From contig CAXXLX010000001.1 of NCBI GenBank assembly GCA_963665235.2, positions 736,001-800,000 of the forward strand: DNA of 64,000 nt, in the 5' to 3' direction. Source of the DNA: Candidatus Poribacteria bacterium (GTDB lineage: Bacteria > Poribacteria > WGA-4E > WGA-3G). Position numbers and translations under genes: made by a program. Shown here in pieces: positions 1 to 9,960 of the stretch. Under the pieces are notes generated by a model. The model saw only the letters and a list, made by a program, of their open reading frames with translations, did no database searches and was not told the origin of the DNA. Positions within the stretch are counted from its first letter, which is position 1. Each line of letters begins with the position of its first letter.

Positions 1-575
1 TCTAACAGGTCTTGGACACGTTGTTCGAAATGCCGCCAGAATACAGGATTGAACTTTGTGAAGTTCCACTCCGTTAGCGGTTTTCCTTCAAACGGATAGT
101 AAACCGGTTCATTCTTGTTGTAGACATAATCCTTCGGAAAGATACACATCCGTATTTTGTTGAAGGGGGAATTGACGAGCGTTTGCAGTGTCTGTTTCTC
201 CATCGTCTTCCCTTGATGTGCCCAGGCATAACAGGTTGTCCCGAACTGATGGTACGGTGTGCCATCGGCATAACGAAGATAGAAATTTTTATGAACGTGC
301 ACGGGCCCGTGGTTCGTTTCAGACGGTTCGATGCATGTGAACTGTCCTGTTTTGCCATTGAGTTGGGCACTATTACTTTTTGTGGTATAGGTCCATTCGC
401 CAGGTTCGTCGGGCATGAATCGGATTTTGTAAATTCCGTTTCCATCGTAGAAACCGTGTGGTTCAAAAGTCTGCTCGTTCCGTTTAAATTCGGCTGTCAA
501 TTCAACGTCAACAAATGGGTTTCCTATGTCCGGTCCATCTAATGTTAGCTCATATATTCCCCAACGTTCAACCAT
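1..575 (-). CDS. DUF5060/DUF4038-type putative glycoside hydrolase, 3' part runs off the window
   Basis: Not in the ORF track. Manual minus-strand translation from ATG 575 (RBS GGAGG): MVERWGIYELTLDGPDIGNPFVDVELTAEF...GFYDGNGIYKIRFMPDEPGEW...GTTCYAW...FNKIRMCIFPK, open to the window edge. Confidence 0.8.
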   Translation of the reverse strand, partial: MVERWGIYELTLDGPDIGNPFVDVELTAEFKRNEQTFEPHGFYDGNGIYKIRFMPDEPGEWTYTTKSNSAQLNGKTGQFTCIEPSETNHGPVHVHKNFYLRYADGTPYHQFGTTCYAWAHQGKTMEKQTLQTLVNSPFNKIRMCIFPKDYVYNKNEPVYYPFEGKPLTEWNFTKFNPVFWRHFEQRVQDLL

Positions 576-737
576 AGCGTCCTCCAGTATTCGGGCACCA
601 GCCCGCTCCTAATTCTGTTTGTGTTGCGTCCAAGTATCCGCGAATGAAATGTTTGAATCATAGGCTTCCGCTCACCTGCCACCGTTGTTGCAGGTGTGAA
701 AGTTAAAATTCTAGTTTGGAATTACACGTGTTGAAAC

Positions 738-766
738 AGTATACCTGAAAAATAGATGTGCGTCAA
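738..766 (-). promoter_or_regulatory. sigma70-type promoter of the DUF5060 gene
   Basis: Minus strand reads TTGACG-N17-TATACT. Confidence 0.55.
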
Positions 767-866
767 GAAAATTGAATTTACTTTGCAGTTTAATAAGGCG
801 AATCTAAGGAAAAACGAACCGCAGGGATAGCGTACGGAGAATGCTTACTACCATAACCTAAGTTGC

Positions 867-1071
867 CACATAGTAGCATAATCTTCCAGATTGTGCATAT
901 TTGTGTGCACATAGTAGCATAATCTTCCAGATTGTGCATATTTGTGTGCACATAGTAGCATAATCTTCCAGATTGTGCATATTTGTGTGCACATAGTAGC
1001 ATAATCTTCCAGATTGTGCATATTTGTGTGCACATAGTAGCATAATCTTCCAGATTGTGCATATTTGTGTG
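867..1071 (+). repeat. 5 x 41-bp tandem array of a GTAG-REP hairpin inside a truncated MITE-A (left end at 856)
   Basis: Unit CACATAGTAGCATAATCTTCCAGATTGTGCATATTTGTGTG, five exact copies, no spacers. Confidence 0.95.
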
Positions 1072-1131
1072 CAAATTGGAAGTGGCCATTTAGTTTTCGA
1101 TATTTTTCGCCGGTTTTTTAACAAACCTCTT

Positions 1132-1398
1132 CTATGGTTTGGATAATATCAGTCCGGTTGATGCCCGGTTTTCAAAGCATTTCTGATTTTTCTCAAAGTT
1201 CCTCACACAAGTCCAACTTGTAGAAAATAGACTCGAATGCACGCAAGCGCAGCCCCATCGGGGCGGAATGTTTATAGAAGCACACAACCACCCCACAACC
1301 TAGCCCCATCGGGGCGGAATGTTTATAGGATTCGATAATTGCCAGCGTTGCCAATCGCCAATTTACAATCCGCGAAATACGTGTAATCCGCGATTTGC
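1132..1398 (+). mobile_element. MITE-D left-end fragment with two GCCCC-N3-GGGGC hairpins
   Basis: Starts CTATGGTTTGGATA and continues into the same body as the copies at 23819, 28693 and 35785; no right end seen. Confidence 0.7.
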
Positions 1399-1491
1399 AA
1401 GGCGAATTTAAGGAAAAACGAACCATAGGGATAGCGTACGGAGAATGCTTACTACCATAACCTAAGTTGCCACATAGTAGCATAATCTTCA

Positions 1492-2730
1492 TGAAGATTA
1501 AGAAATTAATTCGGTAATTTCTGTTTTTATGTTATCCTATTGTCCCAGGAGGTATTGTCTTATGTCAAAACGCCATGAACTTGAACTCAGTAAAGATGAA
1601 CGCCAAAGACTGATTGAACTCCGCGATACAGGGGAACCCGCTTATCTTCGGGAACGTGCGGCTGCCCTGCTAAAGATAGCCGCGGGAACTTCTCCACACA
1701 AAGTCGCCCTCAAAGGGCTGCTAAAGAAGCGAGATCCGGACACTGTTTATGCCTGGCTTCGCCGATACCAAGAAGAGGGCATTCAAGGATTGTTTCATAG
1801 ACCGGGCCGTGGCCGCAAACCCGCGTTCGCCCCCAAATCCCCCGAAGAAGCAGAAACCGAGGCGTTGACGGCTATAGGACAAGACCCGGGACAAGTCAAG
1901 GCACATCAAACGCGCTGGACGCTTCGCACGGTTGGCGAGGTTGTGCCGTGGCTTGCTAATATCTCTGTGCCGGGTATCCATCAAATCTTCTCACGCCTGG
2001 GCATCAGCTATAAGCGTGCTAGACTGTATTTGCAGAGTCCGGATACAGACTATGCCAAGAAAATCGAACGGATACAGCAAGTTTTAGAAGAGACCCATCA
2101 AAACCCACAGAACACGGCTGTGCTTTATCAAGATGAGTTCTCATTTTACCGAAACCCCACTATAGCAAAAGACTGGGCACAGACAGGGACAAAAACGCCA
2201 TTAGCCCATCAGAGTTATCAATCGGATAAAACTATTTATGGTATCGGTGCTATGAACCCCCATACAGGAGACGTTGTTTATCAGCAAGTGCCAAGCTGCA
2301 CAGTTGTAGCCCTCCATACATTTTATACCGAGATTTGCCAACGCTATCCCGACAAGCAACGGATTTATCTTATCCAAGATAATCGGGCGATACATTTTCA
2401 CGCCAATTTGATGGAGGCACTGCTGCCGCAATCGGTCTCCTTTGTGAAACCGACCCCGCCGAATTGGACCGGAAAACTTTCCGAGAAAATCGGTGAACTG
2501 ACAAAACTCCCGATTGAAATAGTGCAGCTGCCGACTTATGCGCCGTGGACAAATCCGATTGAGAAGTTATGGCGATGGGTGCGGCAATCGGTTCTGCATA
2601 TCCATCGCCTCTGCGATGAGTGGGAGACCCTCAAAGACAAGGTGCTTGACTTTATGACACAGTTTAGAGGCGGCTCACAAGCATTGCTACGCTATGTCGG
2701 ATTATTACCGAATTAATAAATTAATCTTCA
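1492..2730 (+). mobile_element. IS630-family insertion sequence
   Basis: Imperfect TIRs TGAAGATTAAGAAATTAATTCGGTAAT and ATTACCGAATTAATAAATTAATCTTCA enclose the transposase; the element splits a REP hairpin loop. Confidence 0.9.
1562..2716 (+). CDS. IS630-family transposase (HTH + DDE)
   Basis: RBS AGGAGG before ATG 1562; N-terminal HTH with GRGRKP; DDE motifs YQDE, IQDN and LPTYAPWTNPIE. Confidence 0.93.
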   Translation: MSKRHELELSKDERQRLIELRDTGEPAYLRERAAALLKIAAGTSPHKVALKGLLKKRDPDTVYAWLRRYQEEGIQGLFHRPGRGRKPAFAPKSPEEAETEALTAIGQDPGQVKAHQTRWTLRTVGEVVPWLANISVPGIHQIFSRLGISYKRARLYLQSPDTDYAKKIERIQQVLEETHQNPQNTAVLYQDEFSFYRNPTIAKDWAQTGTKTPLAHQSYQSDKTIYGIGAMNPHTGDVVYQQVPSCTVVALHTFYTEICQRYPDKQRIYLIQDNRAIHFHANLMEALLPQSVSFVKPTPPNWTGKLSEKIGELTKLPIEIVQLPTYAPWTNPIEKLWRWVRQSVLHIHRLCDEWETLKDKVLDFMTQFRGGSQALLRYVGLLPN

Positions 2731-3030
2731 TCCAGATTGTGCATATTTGTGTGCACATAGTAGCATAATCTTCCAGATTGTGCATATTTGTGTGCACATA
2801 GTAGCATAATCTTCCAGATTGTGCATATTTGTGTGCAAATTGGAAGTGAACGGGACAAATATTAGCTAATTCTCAGCATATTTTCAGTAAAGCCGGTGTT
2901 TCCAGGTCTAAAAACTTATAAGTAGCAACTTGGGTTACCATATCTGCCCCATATCGTGCAGCACACAACCGAAACTGCACGCTTTCGTGCAGTTTATCAA
3001 CTGAGAGCCGTGATGTATAGACTTCAGATA

Positions 3031-3047
3031 TTGGCATAGAAATTGCA
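3031..3047 (+). promoter_or_regulatory. sigma54 (-24/-12) promoter upstream of the WD40/YWTD cluster
   Basis: TTGGCATAGAAATTGCA fits TGGCAC-N5-TTGCW; inverted CGTGCAG/CTGCACG repeats at about 2955-2992 may be activator sites. Confidence 0.7.
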
Positions 3048-3089
3048 TATCATTTGATAGACATGCAAAAAGCAATTTGGAGGTCTCTT

Positions 3090-5405
3090 ATGAAAACACT
3101 TACTCCCCTTTTACGACAAAAGTTACAGGTTTTTCTCATTTTCATCGGTATAGCAGTGATACCGTGTGTTGCATTTGGACTTGAACCCATCGCTACGATT
3201 GGACAGCCGGTGCCTGAAGCACATGTCTTCCTTACGAATGATACGTTCCTTCGGGTCGTTCCAACACACCTTCAGGTTGTTGATATCGATATGAAAGAGG
3301 TCATAGCTGAATTCGGTGAGCGAACATATCTCAGCGATGTCGTGTTTAACCCGACCGGTTCACATGTCGCAATTCTAAACTATTCTACCGATACGGAGAA
3401 AACTACTGTAAACATCTGGGATGTTAACGCTAGAGAACAGATAAACGCGCTGGAGATAGAGGAAGAGAGCCGTATTTTTGATAACGCTGCTTTTAGTCCA
3501 ACACAACCTATATTGGCTCTCCCTATCGCTCGCGACATCCATTTATGGAACTGGCAGAATGGGGAGATTGTCGGAAAACTGATACGCGAAAATATGTCTA
3601 CTGGGGAGGCAATGATTTTCACGCCAGATGGCAACTATCTTATCATATCCACGTGGCAGCCGGGTATTGAGGTGTGGAACGTTGAAACCCGGCAGCTACA
3701 AGGACGGTATGAGGAACAGATTGTGCATCGGTTTGACACCTTGGCAATCAGTCCCGATGGCACAACGGTAGCGGCATTCGAAGAAAATTCAAATTTAATT
3801 TATGTTTGGAATGTGGAGACGCAACGACTGTTATGGCGCGAAAAGAATGGAATCAGCAGAATTTCAGATGTTGTCTTCAGTCCAGATAGCCAACGTTTGT
3901 ATGTTTCAAGTTGGACAGGTGGGTTACAGAGGTCTGGTGCTACTCCCTGGAAAGGTTGGGATGATAAAGTGCGCGTCTGGGATGTTAAATCGGGACAACA
4001 GATAGATACATTCGGCACCAAGTTTCATTATTTAGAAGCGATAACCCTCTCGCCGGATGAGAAAACTGTGCTCCTGCAATATTCGGATGTTGTTGTGCTA
4101 TGGGATATAGTGCAAAAGAAACTGCTGAACGTGTGGGCAGATTTTGTCGGACGCTGGAGAACTATTAGCAACTTGAGCCCTGATGGAAAAACCGTGGTCA
4201 CAATGTCTCGACAGTTTATTAAGACATGGGATGTTGCGTCCCAACAGATGGGTCTACTCATTTCTGCCGAGGACTATATGTTTGAAGGGTTTGCAATCTC
4301 TCCCGATAGCCAAAAAATCGCAGTGAGTAAAGAACCCTTGTTTGAGTTATACGACATTCGGACCGGTGAAGTTGAAACGCAATTTTCGGAGTACCTCTCA
4401 GCAGATTATGAAATCGCCTTCAGTCCCTCCGGCAGATGGATTGCAGTGGTTGATCTTTGGGGTGCTCTTATTATCTTTGACACTAAAAATCCGGGAAAAA
4501 AGCATGAACTTAATGTAAACTTGCCTATTGACAGACACTACTGCTATCAGCTCGCTTTCAGTAAAGATGGGACATATTTGGCAGCCTCCAGCCGGACAAA
4601 ACAGAATAATATCTATAAAGATTGGGTTCTGTTATGGCGGTTTGAGCGCGATACATTTACCTTTCGATACGCTTGGCGAGTGCCAGAACCCCTTGATGCA
4701 TCCCTCGCCTTTACAACCAGTCCCGATGGTTCGACAGTGTTAGCAGGCTCCGATGAGGAAAAAATCCGAATTTGGAAAATCTTGTCAGGCGGTTCTACAC
4801 TTTTAACAACGTTGAATGCAAAGGGACCGGGGCGATTTAGTTCAGCGGGTTCAATGCAATTTAGTCCAGATGGCCGCTATCTTTTTGTAAACCAAGATAG
4901 GCGTTTTCAAATCTGGGACTGGCAGACAAACAGGCCTATCGATCATGCTTCGCTTCCATATTTTAGTGCACTCAGTCAGGATGGGACTTTGTTGCTTTCA
5001 CCGGATTATATAACCGGACAATATGAGATATGGGATATAAGGAACGTCCTATCCCTCCTCCCCTATTCGGTTGAACCCCGCGGCAAGCGGCTTGTCACCC
5101 TCGGACAGATAAAACGGGCTCAACTCCTGCAAAACTTTCCGAACCCGTTCAACCCAGAGACCTGGATACCGTTTCGGCTTGCGACCGAAAGTCTTGTCAC
5201 CATTCGTATCTATACCCCCACCGGGAAGTTGGTCAGAACGTTATCCCCCGGACTCACGTCCGCCGGAGCACATGCATCACAAGCAAAGGCTGTGCACTGG
5301 GATGGGCGCAATGACGCGGGTGAACAGGTTAGCAGCGGTGTCTATCTTTATACTATCGATGCCGGTGGTTTCTCCGATACGCGCAAAATGTTGATAAAAA
5401 AATAA
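3090..5405 (+). CDS. Secreted WD40 beta-propeller protein with C-terminal FlgD-Ig/T9SS-like domain
   Basis: RBS GGAGG, signal peptide, repeated FSPD...WD motifs, tail LLQNFPNPFNPETWIPF...WDGRNDAGEQVSSGVYLY. Confidence 0.9.
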   Translation: MKTLTPLLRQKLQVFLIFIGIAVIPCVAFGLEPIATIGQPVPEAHVFLTNDTFLRVVPTHLQVVDIDMKEVIAEFGERTYLSDVVFNPTGSHVAILNYSTDTEKTTVNIWDVNAREQINALEIEEESRIFDNAAFSPTQPILALPIARDIHLWNWQNGEIVGKLIRENMSTGEAMIFTPDGNYLIISTWQPGIEVWNVETRQLQGRYEEQIVHRFDTLAISPDGTTVAAFEENSNLIYVWNVETQRLLWREKNGISRISDVVFSPDSQRLYVSSWTGGLQRSGATPWKGWDDKVRVWDVKSGQQIDTFGTKFHYLEAITLSPDEKTVLLQYSDVVVLWDIVQKKLLNVWADFVGRWRTISNLSPDGKTVVTMSRQFIKTWDVASQQMGLLISAEDYMFEGFAISPDSQKIAVSKEPLFELYDIRTGEVETQFSEYLSADYEIAFSPSGRWIAVVDLWGALIIFDTKNPGKKHELNVNLPIDRHYCYQLAFSKDGTYLAASSRTKQNNIYKDWVLLWRFERDTFTFRYAWRVPEPLDASLAFTTSPDGSTVLAGSDEEKIRIWKILSGGSTLLTTLNAKGPGRFSSAGSMQFSPDGRYLFVNQDRRFQIWDWQTNRPIDHASLPYFSALSQDGTLLLSPDYITGQYEIWDIRNVLSLLPYSVEPRGKRLVTLGQIKRAQLLQNFPNPFNPETWIPFRLATESLVTIRIYTPTGKLVRTLSPGLTSAGAHASQAKAVHWDGRNDAGEQVSSGVYLYTIDAGGFSDTRKMLIKK

Positions 5406-5418
5406 TTGGAGGTCTCTT

Positions 5419-7725
5419 ATGAAAACACTTACTCCCCTTTTACGACAAAAGTTACAGATTGTTCTCGTTTTCATCAGTATAGCAGCGATACCGTGTGTTG
5501 CGTTTAGTCTCGAACCTATCGCTACGATTGGACAGATTGGCCCGAAATCACATGCCTTCCTTACGAATGATACGCTCCTGCGGGTTGTTCCAACACACAT
5601 TGAGGTCGTTGATACCGATACTGGTGAGGTTATAGATGAATTCGGCAAGCTGAGATACCTCAACGATGCAGTGTTTAGCCCGACCAATTCGCACGCCGCA
5701 CTTCTAAGCTATTCTCGTGATACGGAGAAAACTATTATAAACATCTGGGATGTTAACGCCAGGGAACAGATAAACGCGCTGGAAATAGAGGGGCGCATTT
5801 TTGATAAAGCTGCCTTTAGTCCGACACAACCTATATTTGTGTTCCCTATCGCCCGCGAAATCTATTTATGGAACTGGCAGAATGGGGAGATTGTCGGAAA
5901 ACTGATACGCGAAAATATGTCTTCTGAGCAGGCACTGGTTTTCACGCCAGATGGAAACCATCTTATCATATCCACCCGGCAGCCGGGTATTGAGGTGTGG
6001 GACGTTGAAACCCGGCAGCTACAAGGATGGTATAAGAAACAGATTACGCATCGGCTTAACAACTTGACAATCAGTCCCGATGGCACAACGGTAGCGGCAT
6101 TCGAAGAAAATTCAAATTCACGCTTAATTTATGTTTGGGATGTGGGGACACAAGAGCTGTTATGGCGCGAAATAAGCGGCATTGGTAGAATTTCAGATGC
6201 TGTCTTCAGTCCAGATAGCCAACGTTTGTATGTAGCGAGTCAGACAGGCGCGCTGCAGAGGACAGGGGCTACTCCCTTCAAAGGTTGGGATGATAAAGTT
6301 CGCGTCTGGGATGTTAAATCGGGACAACAGTTGGATACATTCGGGCCCTCGTTTCATGATTTAGAAGCGATAACCCTCTCGCCGGATGGGCAAACGGTGC
6401 TCCTGCAATATTTCGATGCTGTCGTGCTATGGGATATAGCGCAAAAGAAACAGCAGCGTGTATGGACAGATTTTATCGGAAATCCGTGGTCCATTGGTGG
6501 ATTGAGCCCTGATGGAAAAACTGTAGTTGTAGTATCTCCACATTCTATTAAGACGTGGAATGTTACTTCACGGCGGATGGATTTATTCGTCTCTGCTGGA
6601 GACTATATGTTTGAAGAGTTCACAATCTCTCCCGACAGTCAAAAAATCGCTATTGGCAAATCTCCGTGGCTTGAACTACGCGATATTCAGACCGGTAAGG
6701 TTGAAACACGATTTCCACATCACATCACTGGTGCTAATCAGACAACCTTCAGTCCGTCTGGTAGATGGATTGTGGTGGTTGATTCCCGGCGTGATCTTCT
6801 GATCTTTGACGTAAAAAATCCTGATAAAATCCACAGAGTGCGTCCACGAGTCGAGCAGGAGACCGCAAATCTTTATCGGACTGCCTTCAGTGAAAATGGT
6901 GAATACCTTGTTGCTTCCGGAGAGACAGGAAGGAATAATCAGGAGAAATACTGGATTCTGTTGTGGAAACGCGAAGGCGACACCTTTGAATTTCAATATG
7001 CCTGGAACATTCCACAATGGGATACAAGTTTAGCACAAACGCTCACCCTCGCTTCTACTGAGGATGGCACAACGGTAGTGGCAGTCGCAGGACTAAAAAA
7101 TACCCAAATATGGGAAATTCTACCTAACACCGCTCAACTTGTAACAACACTGTTAGACACGAATGCGCCTATACATTTTAGTGCTGATAAGCGATACCTT
7201 CTTACTGATGGGAGTGATGACGAACTCCAGATATGGCATTGGCAAACAAATACGCCCATTAATCATCCATCAATATTGGGCTATTGGGCACTTAGTCAAG
7301 ATGGCTCTGCTCTTGCATCGTACAGTATGGGAAGATGCCGGATTTGGGATGCAACAAAAATCTTGCCTTCTCACTCCGAACTTACTGCTGTGGAACCGAA
7401 GGGTAAACAGCTCGTCACGCTTGGACAGATAAAGCGGGCTCAACTCCTACAGAACTTTCCGAACCCTTTCAACCCAGAGACCTGGATACCGTTTCGGCTT
7501 GCGACCGAAAGTCTTGTCACCATTCGTATCTATACCCCCACCGGGAAGTTGGTTAGAACGTTGTCCCCCGGACTCATGTCCGCCGGAGCACATGCATCAC
7601 AAGAAAAGGCGGTTCACTGGGATGGCCGCAATGACGCGGGCGAACAAGTTAGCAGCGGAGTCTATCTTTATACTATCAACGCCGGCGACTTCTCCGATAC
7701 GCGCAAAATGCTGATAAAAAAATGA
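5419..7725 (+). CDS. Secreted WD40 beta-propeller protein with FlgD-Ig/T9SS-like tail (tandem paralog)
   Basis: Same architecture, near-identical leader and tail to 3090-5405. Confidence 0.9.
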   Translation: MKTLTPLLRQKLQIVLVFISIAAIPCVAFSLEPIATIGQIGPKSHAFLTNDTLLRVVPTHIEVVDTDTGEVIDEFGKLRYLNDAVFSPTNSHAALLSYSRDTEKTIINIWDVNAREQINALEIEGRIFDKAAFSPTQPIFVFPIAREIYLWNWQNGEIVGKLIRENMSSEQALVFTPDGNHLIISTRQPGIEVWDVETRQLQGWYKKQITHRLNNLTISPDGTTVAAFEENSNSRLIYVWDVGTQELLWREISGIGRISDAVFSPDSQRLYVASQTGALQRTGATPFKGWDDKVRVWDVKSGQQLDTFGPSFHDLEAITLSPDGQTVLLQYFDAVVLWDIAQKKQQRVWTDFIGNPWSIGGLSPDGKTVVVVSPHSIKTWNVTSRRMDLFVSAGDYMFEEFTISPDSQKIAIGKSPWLELRDIQTGKVETRFPHHITGANQTTFSPSGRWIVVVDSRRDLLIFDVKNPDKIHRVRPRVEQETANLYRTAFSENGEYLVASGETGRNNQEKYWILLWKREGDTFEFQYAWNIPQWDTSLAQTLTLASTEDGTTVVAVAGLKNTQIWEILPNTAQLVTTLLDTNAPIHFSADKRYLLTDGSDDELQIWHWQTNTPINHPSILGYWALSQDGSALASYSMGRCRIWDATKILPSHSELTAVEPKGKQLVTLGQIKRAQLLQNFPNPFNPETWIPFRLATESLVTIRIYTPTGKLVRTLSPGLMSAGAHASQEKAVHWDGRNDAGEQVSSGVYLYTINAGDFSDTRKMLIKK

Positions 7726-7765
7726 CAAAGGTTTTGGCACTACACAAAAAAGGAGATGCTTGAAC

Positions 7766-8830
7766 ATGAAAACGCAAAAATGGATTGTGCTTATTTTAGC
7801 GTTATTTTTGCTGCCGTATTATATTGTTCCATGTCCGAGTTATGGACAGCGAAAAAGCAAAATATATTGGACAGAAACGGGGAGAATCAAACGGGCAAAC
7901 CTCGACGGTTCTGAGATAGAAGATGTCCTAACGGAAACATTTTCTACCCGCGACCTTGCTCTGGATTTACGCAACCGGAAGATATATTGGACGGAAGGGC
8001 CGACAGCAGCTAAGATTCGCCGCGCAACGCTCGATGGGTTCAATGTCGAAAACATTGTTACCGGATTTGAGCTGCCACCTGACGTGGAACGTGTCACTGT
8101 AAGTTGCCGTAATAGGAAGTGTGAGGGCACAGCCTTACTCAAAGATGGGGCCCCTATTAAAATTCCTCATGAATTGCTACTTAACCCATACTGCCTCGCT
8201 ATAGATACTAACGCTGACAAAATATATTGGGCAAATTGGTACTTAAGATCAATTCTGCGGGGGAATCTTGACGGCTCCGATAGAAAAGAGCTTCCTATTA
8301 GAGAACAAAATTTACCACTAATGCGAACAATTGGTGCCCTGAATATCGAACTAGATTTAAAAGCAGGAAAGATGTACTGGACTGACGCGTGGTACAGTAG
8401 AATCACACGGGCGAATCTTGATGGCTCTGATCCTGAAGACCTTATAGCCGGACTGCGGTCGGTGTACGGCTTCGCGTTGGACCTTCATGCCCGGAAGATG
8501 TACTGGTCCAACACCTCTACCGGCAAAATTCAGCGGGCAGATCTTGATGGAAATAACATTGAAGACCTCGTTACAGAATTGAAGTTCTCACCCGATATCT
8601 TTCTAGACCTACAGGCCCACAAAATATATTGGGTAAACAGGGATTTGAGTACCGGAATAGGTAAAATCCAGCGCGCAAACTTTGATGGTTCCAACGTCAC
8701 AGATATTCTTACGGGATTAAATGAACCCTTTGCTATCGTTTTGGACCCCGGCGAAACTGACGGTGTTACCCCCGTTATCCCTGATGCAAATCAGCTAACA
8801 ACTACTTGGGCAAATGTGAAGTTCCAGTAG
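7766..8830 (+). CDS. Secreted YWTD (LDL-receptor class B) beta-propeller protein
   Basis: Repeated KIYWT/KMYWTD...I.RANLDGS units; tail LTTTWANVK; RBS AAGGAG. Confidence 0.9.
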   Translation: MKTQKWIVLILALFLLPYYIVPCPSYGQRKSKIYWTETGRIKRANLDGSEIEDVLTETFSTRDLALDLRNRKIYWTEGPTAAKIRRATLDGFNVENIVTGFELPPDVERVTVSCRNRKCEGTALLKDGAPIKIPHELLLNPYCLAIDTNADKIYWANWYLRSILRGNLDGSDRKELPIREQNLPLMRTIGALNIELDLKAGKMYWTDAWYSRITRANLDGSDPEDLIAGLRSVYGFALDLHARKMYWSNTSTGKIQRADLDGNNIEDLVTELKFSPDIFLDLQAHKIYWVNRDLSTGIGKIQRANFDGSNVTDILTGLNEPFAIVLDPGETDGVTPVIPDANQLTTTWANVKFQ

Positions 8831-8926
8831 GTTTAGGACTTACGATGTCGGGTTTTCTTTAACCTATAAACTGTGCAGGCCGCCTACACGGTCCGTAAAG
8901 TTTTTGTCAAAAGGAGATGCTTGAAC

Positions 8927-9883
8927 ATGAAAACGCAAAAATGGATTGTGCTTATTTTAGCGTTATTTTTGCTGCCGTATTATATTGTTCCATGTCCGAG
9001 TTATGGACAGCGAAAAAGCAAAATATATTGGTCAGAAACGGGGAAAATCAGACGTGCCAATCTCGACGGTTCTGAAGCGGAAGATGTCCTAACCGAAACA
9101 TCTTCTACTCGCGACCTTGCTCTGGATTTACGCAACCGTAAGATATATTGGGTGGAAGGGCCGACAGCTAAGATTCGACGCGCGACGCTCGATGGATTCA
9201 ATATTAAAAACATCGTCGCTGAAATTCCTCATGAATTGCTAATTAACCCGTACTGCATTGCCATAGATGCTGACGCTGACAAAATATATTGGGCAAACTG
9301 GCGCTTGGATTCAATTCAGCGGGCAAATCTTGACGGCTCCAATAGCAAAGCACTTCCTATTAGAGAACAAAATTTACCAATAAACCGAGCAGTTCGGGCC
9401 CTGAACATCCAACTAGATTTAAAAGCAGGAAAGATGTACTGGACTGACGTTTGGAATGCTGGAATCACACGGGCGAATCTTGATGGCTCTGATACTGAAG
9501 ACCTTATCACCGGACTGCTGACAGTGTACGGCTTAGCATTGGACCTTCGCGCCCGGAAGATGTACTGGTCTAACACCTCTACCGGCAAAATTCAGCGGGC
9601 AGATCTTGATGGAAATAACGTTGAAACCCTCGTCACAGGATTAAAGTTCTCACCCGATATCCTTCTGGATCTGTGGTCTCGCGAAATATATTGGACAGAC
9701 AGGGATTTGGATACCGGGATAGGTAAAATCCAACGCGCAAACTTTGATGGTTCCAATGTCATAGATATTATTACAGGATTGAATAAACCCTTTGCTATCG
9801 CTTTGGACCCCGGCGAAACTTACGATGTTGCTCCCGGTGCAGAGAAGTTGACAACAACTTGGGCAAACGTGAAGTTCCAATAG
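8927..9883 (+). CDS. Secreted YWTD beta-propeller protein (tandem paralog)
   Basis: N-terminus and RBS identical to 7766-8830, same YWTD repeats and KLTTTWANVK tail. Confidence 0.9.
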   Translation: MKTQKWIVLILALFLLPYYIVPCPSYGQRKSKIYWSETGKIRRANLDGSEAEDVLTETSSTRDLALDLRNRKIYWVEGPTAKIRRATLDGFNIKNIVAEIPHELLINPYCIAIDADADKIYWANWRLDSIQRANLDGSNSKALPIREQNLPINRAVRALNIQLDLKAGKMYWTDVWNAGITRANLDGSDTEDLITGLLTVYGLALDLRARKMYWSNTSTGKIQRADLDGNNVETLVTGLKFSPDILLDLWSREIYWTDRDLDTGIGKIQRANFDGSNVIDIITGLNKPFAIALDPGETYDVAPGAEKLTTTWANVKFQ

Positions 9884-9897
9884 GTTTACTGTAGTTA

Positions 9898-9925
9898 TGA
9901 AGATTAAAAAATTAATTCGGTAATT
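9898..9925 (+). mobile_element. Solo IS630 left terminal repeat
   Basis: TGAAGATTAAAAAATTAATTCGGTAATT differs by one base from the IS630 left end at 1492. Confidence 0.75.
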
Positions 9926-9960
9926 GCTGTTTTTATCAAAAATCCGTAACCCGTATTGTG

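Larger units (their letters stand above)
1460..2935 (+). mobile_element. MITE-A (IS982-like ends) containing a nested IS630
   Basis: Ends ACCTAAGTTGC...GCAACTTGGGT, flanked by a perfect 7-bp duplication TACCATA (1453-1459 and 2936-2942). Confidence 0.85.

Noticed and set aside
74-542. Track ORFs 74-466 and 183-542
   Set aside because: Shadow frames of the real minus-strand gene starting at 575, which the track missed because it runs off the window.
3090-9883. Diversity-generating retroelement template and variable repeats among the paralogs
   Set aside because: No reverse transcriptase in the window, and differences are not visibly restricted to adenines.
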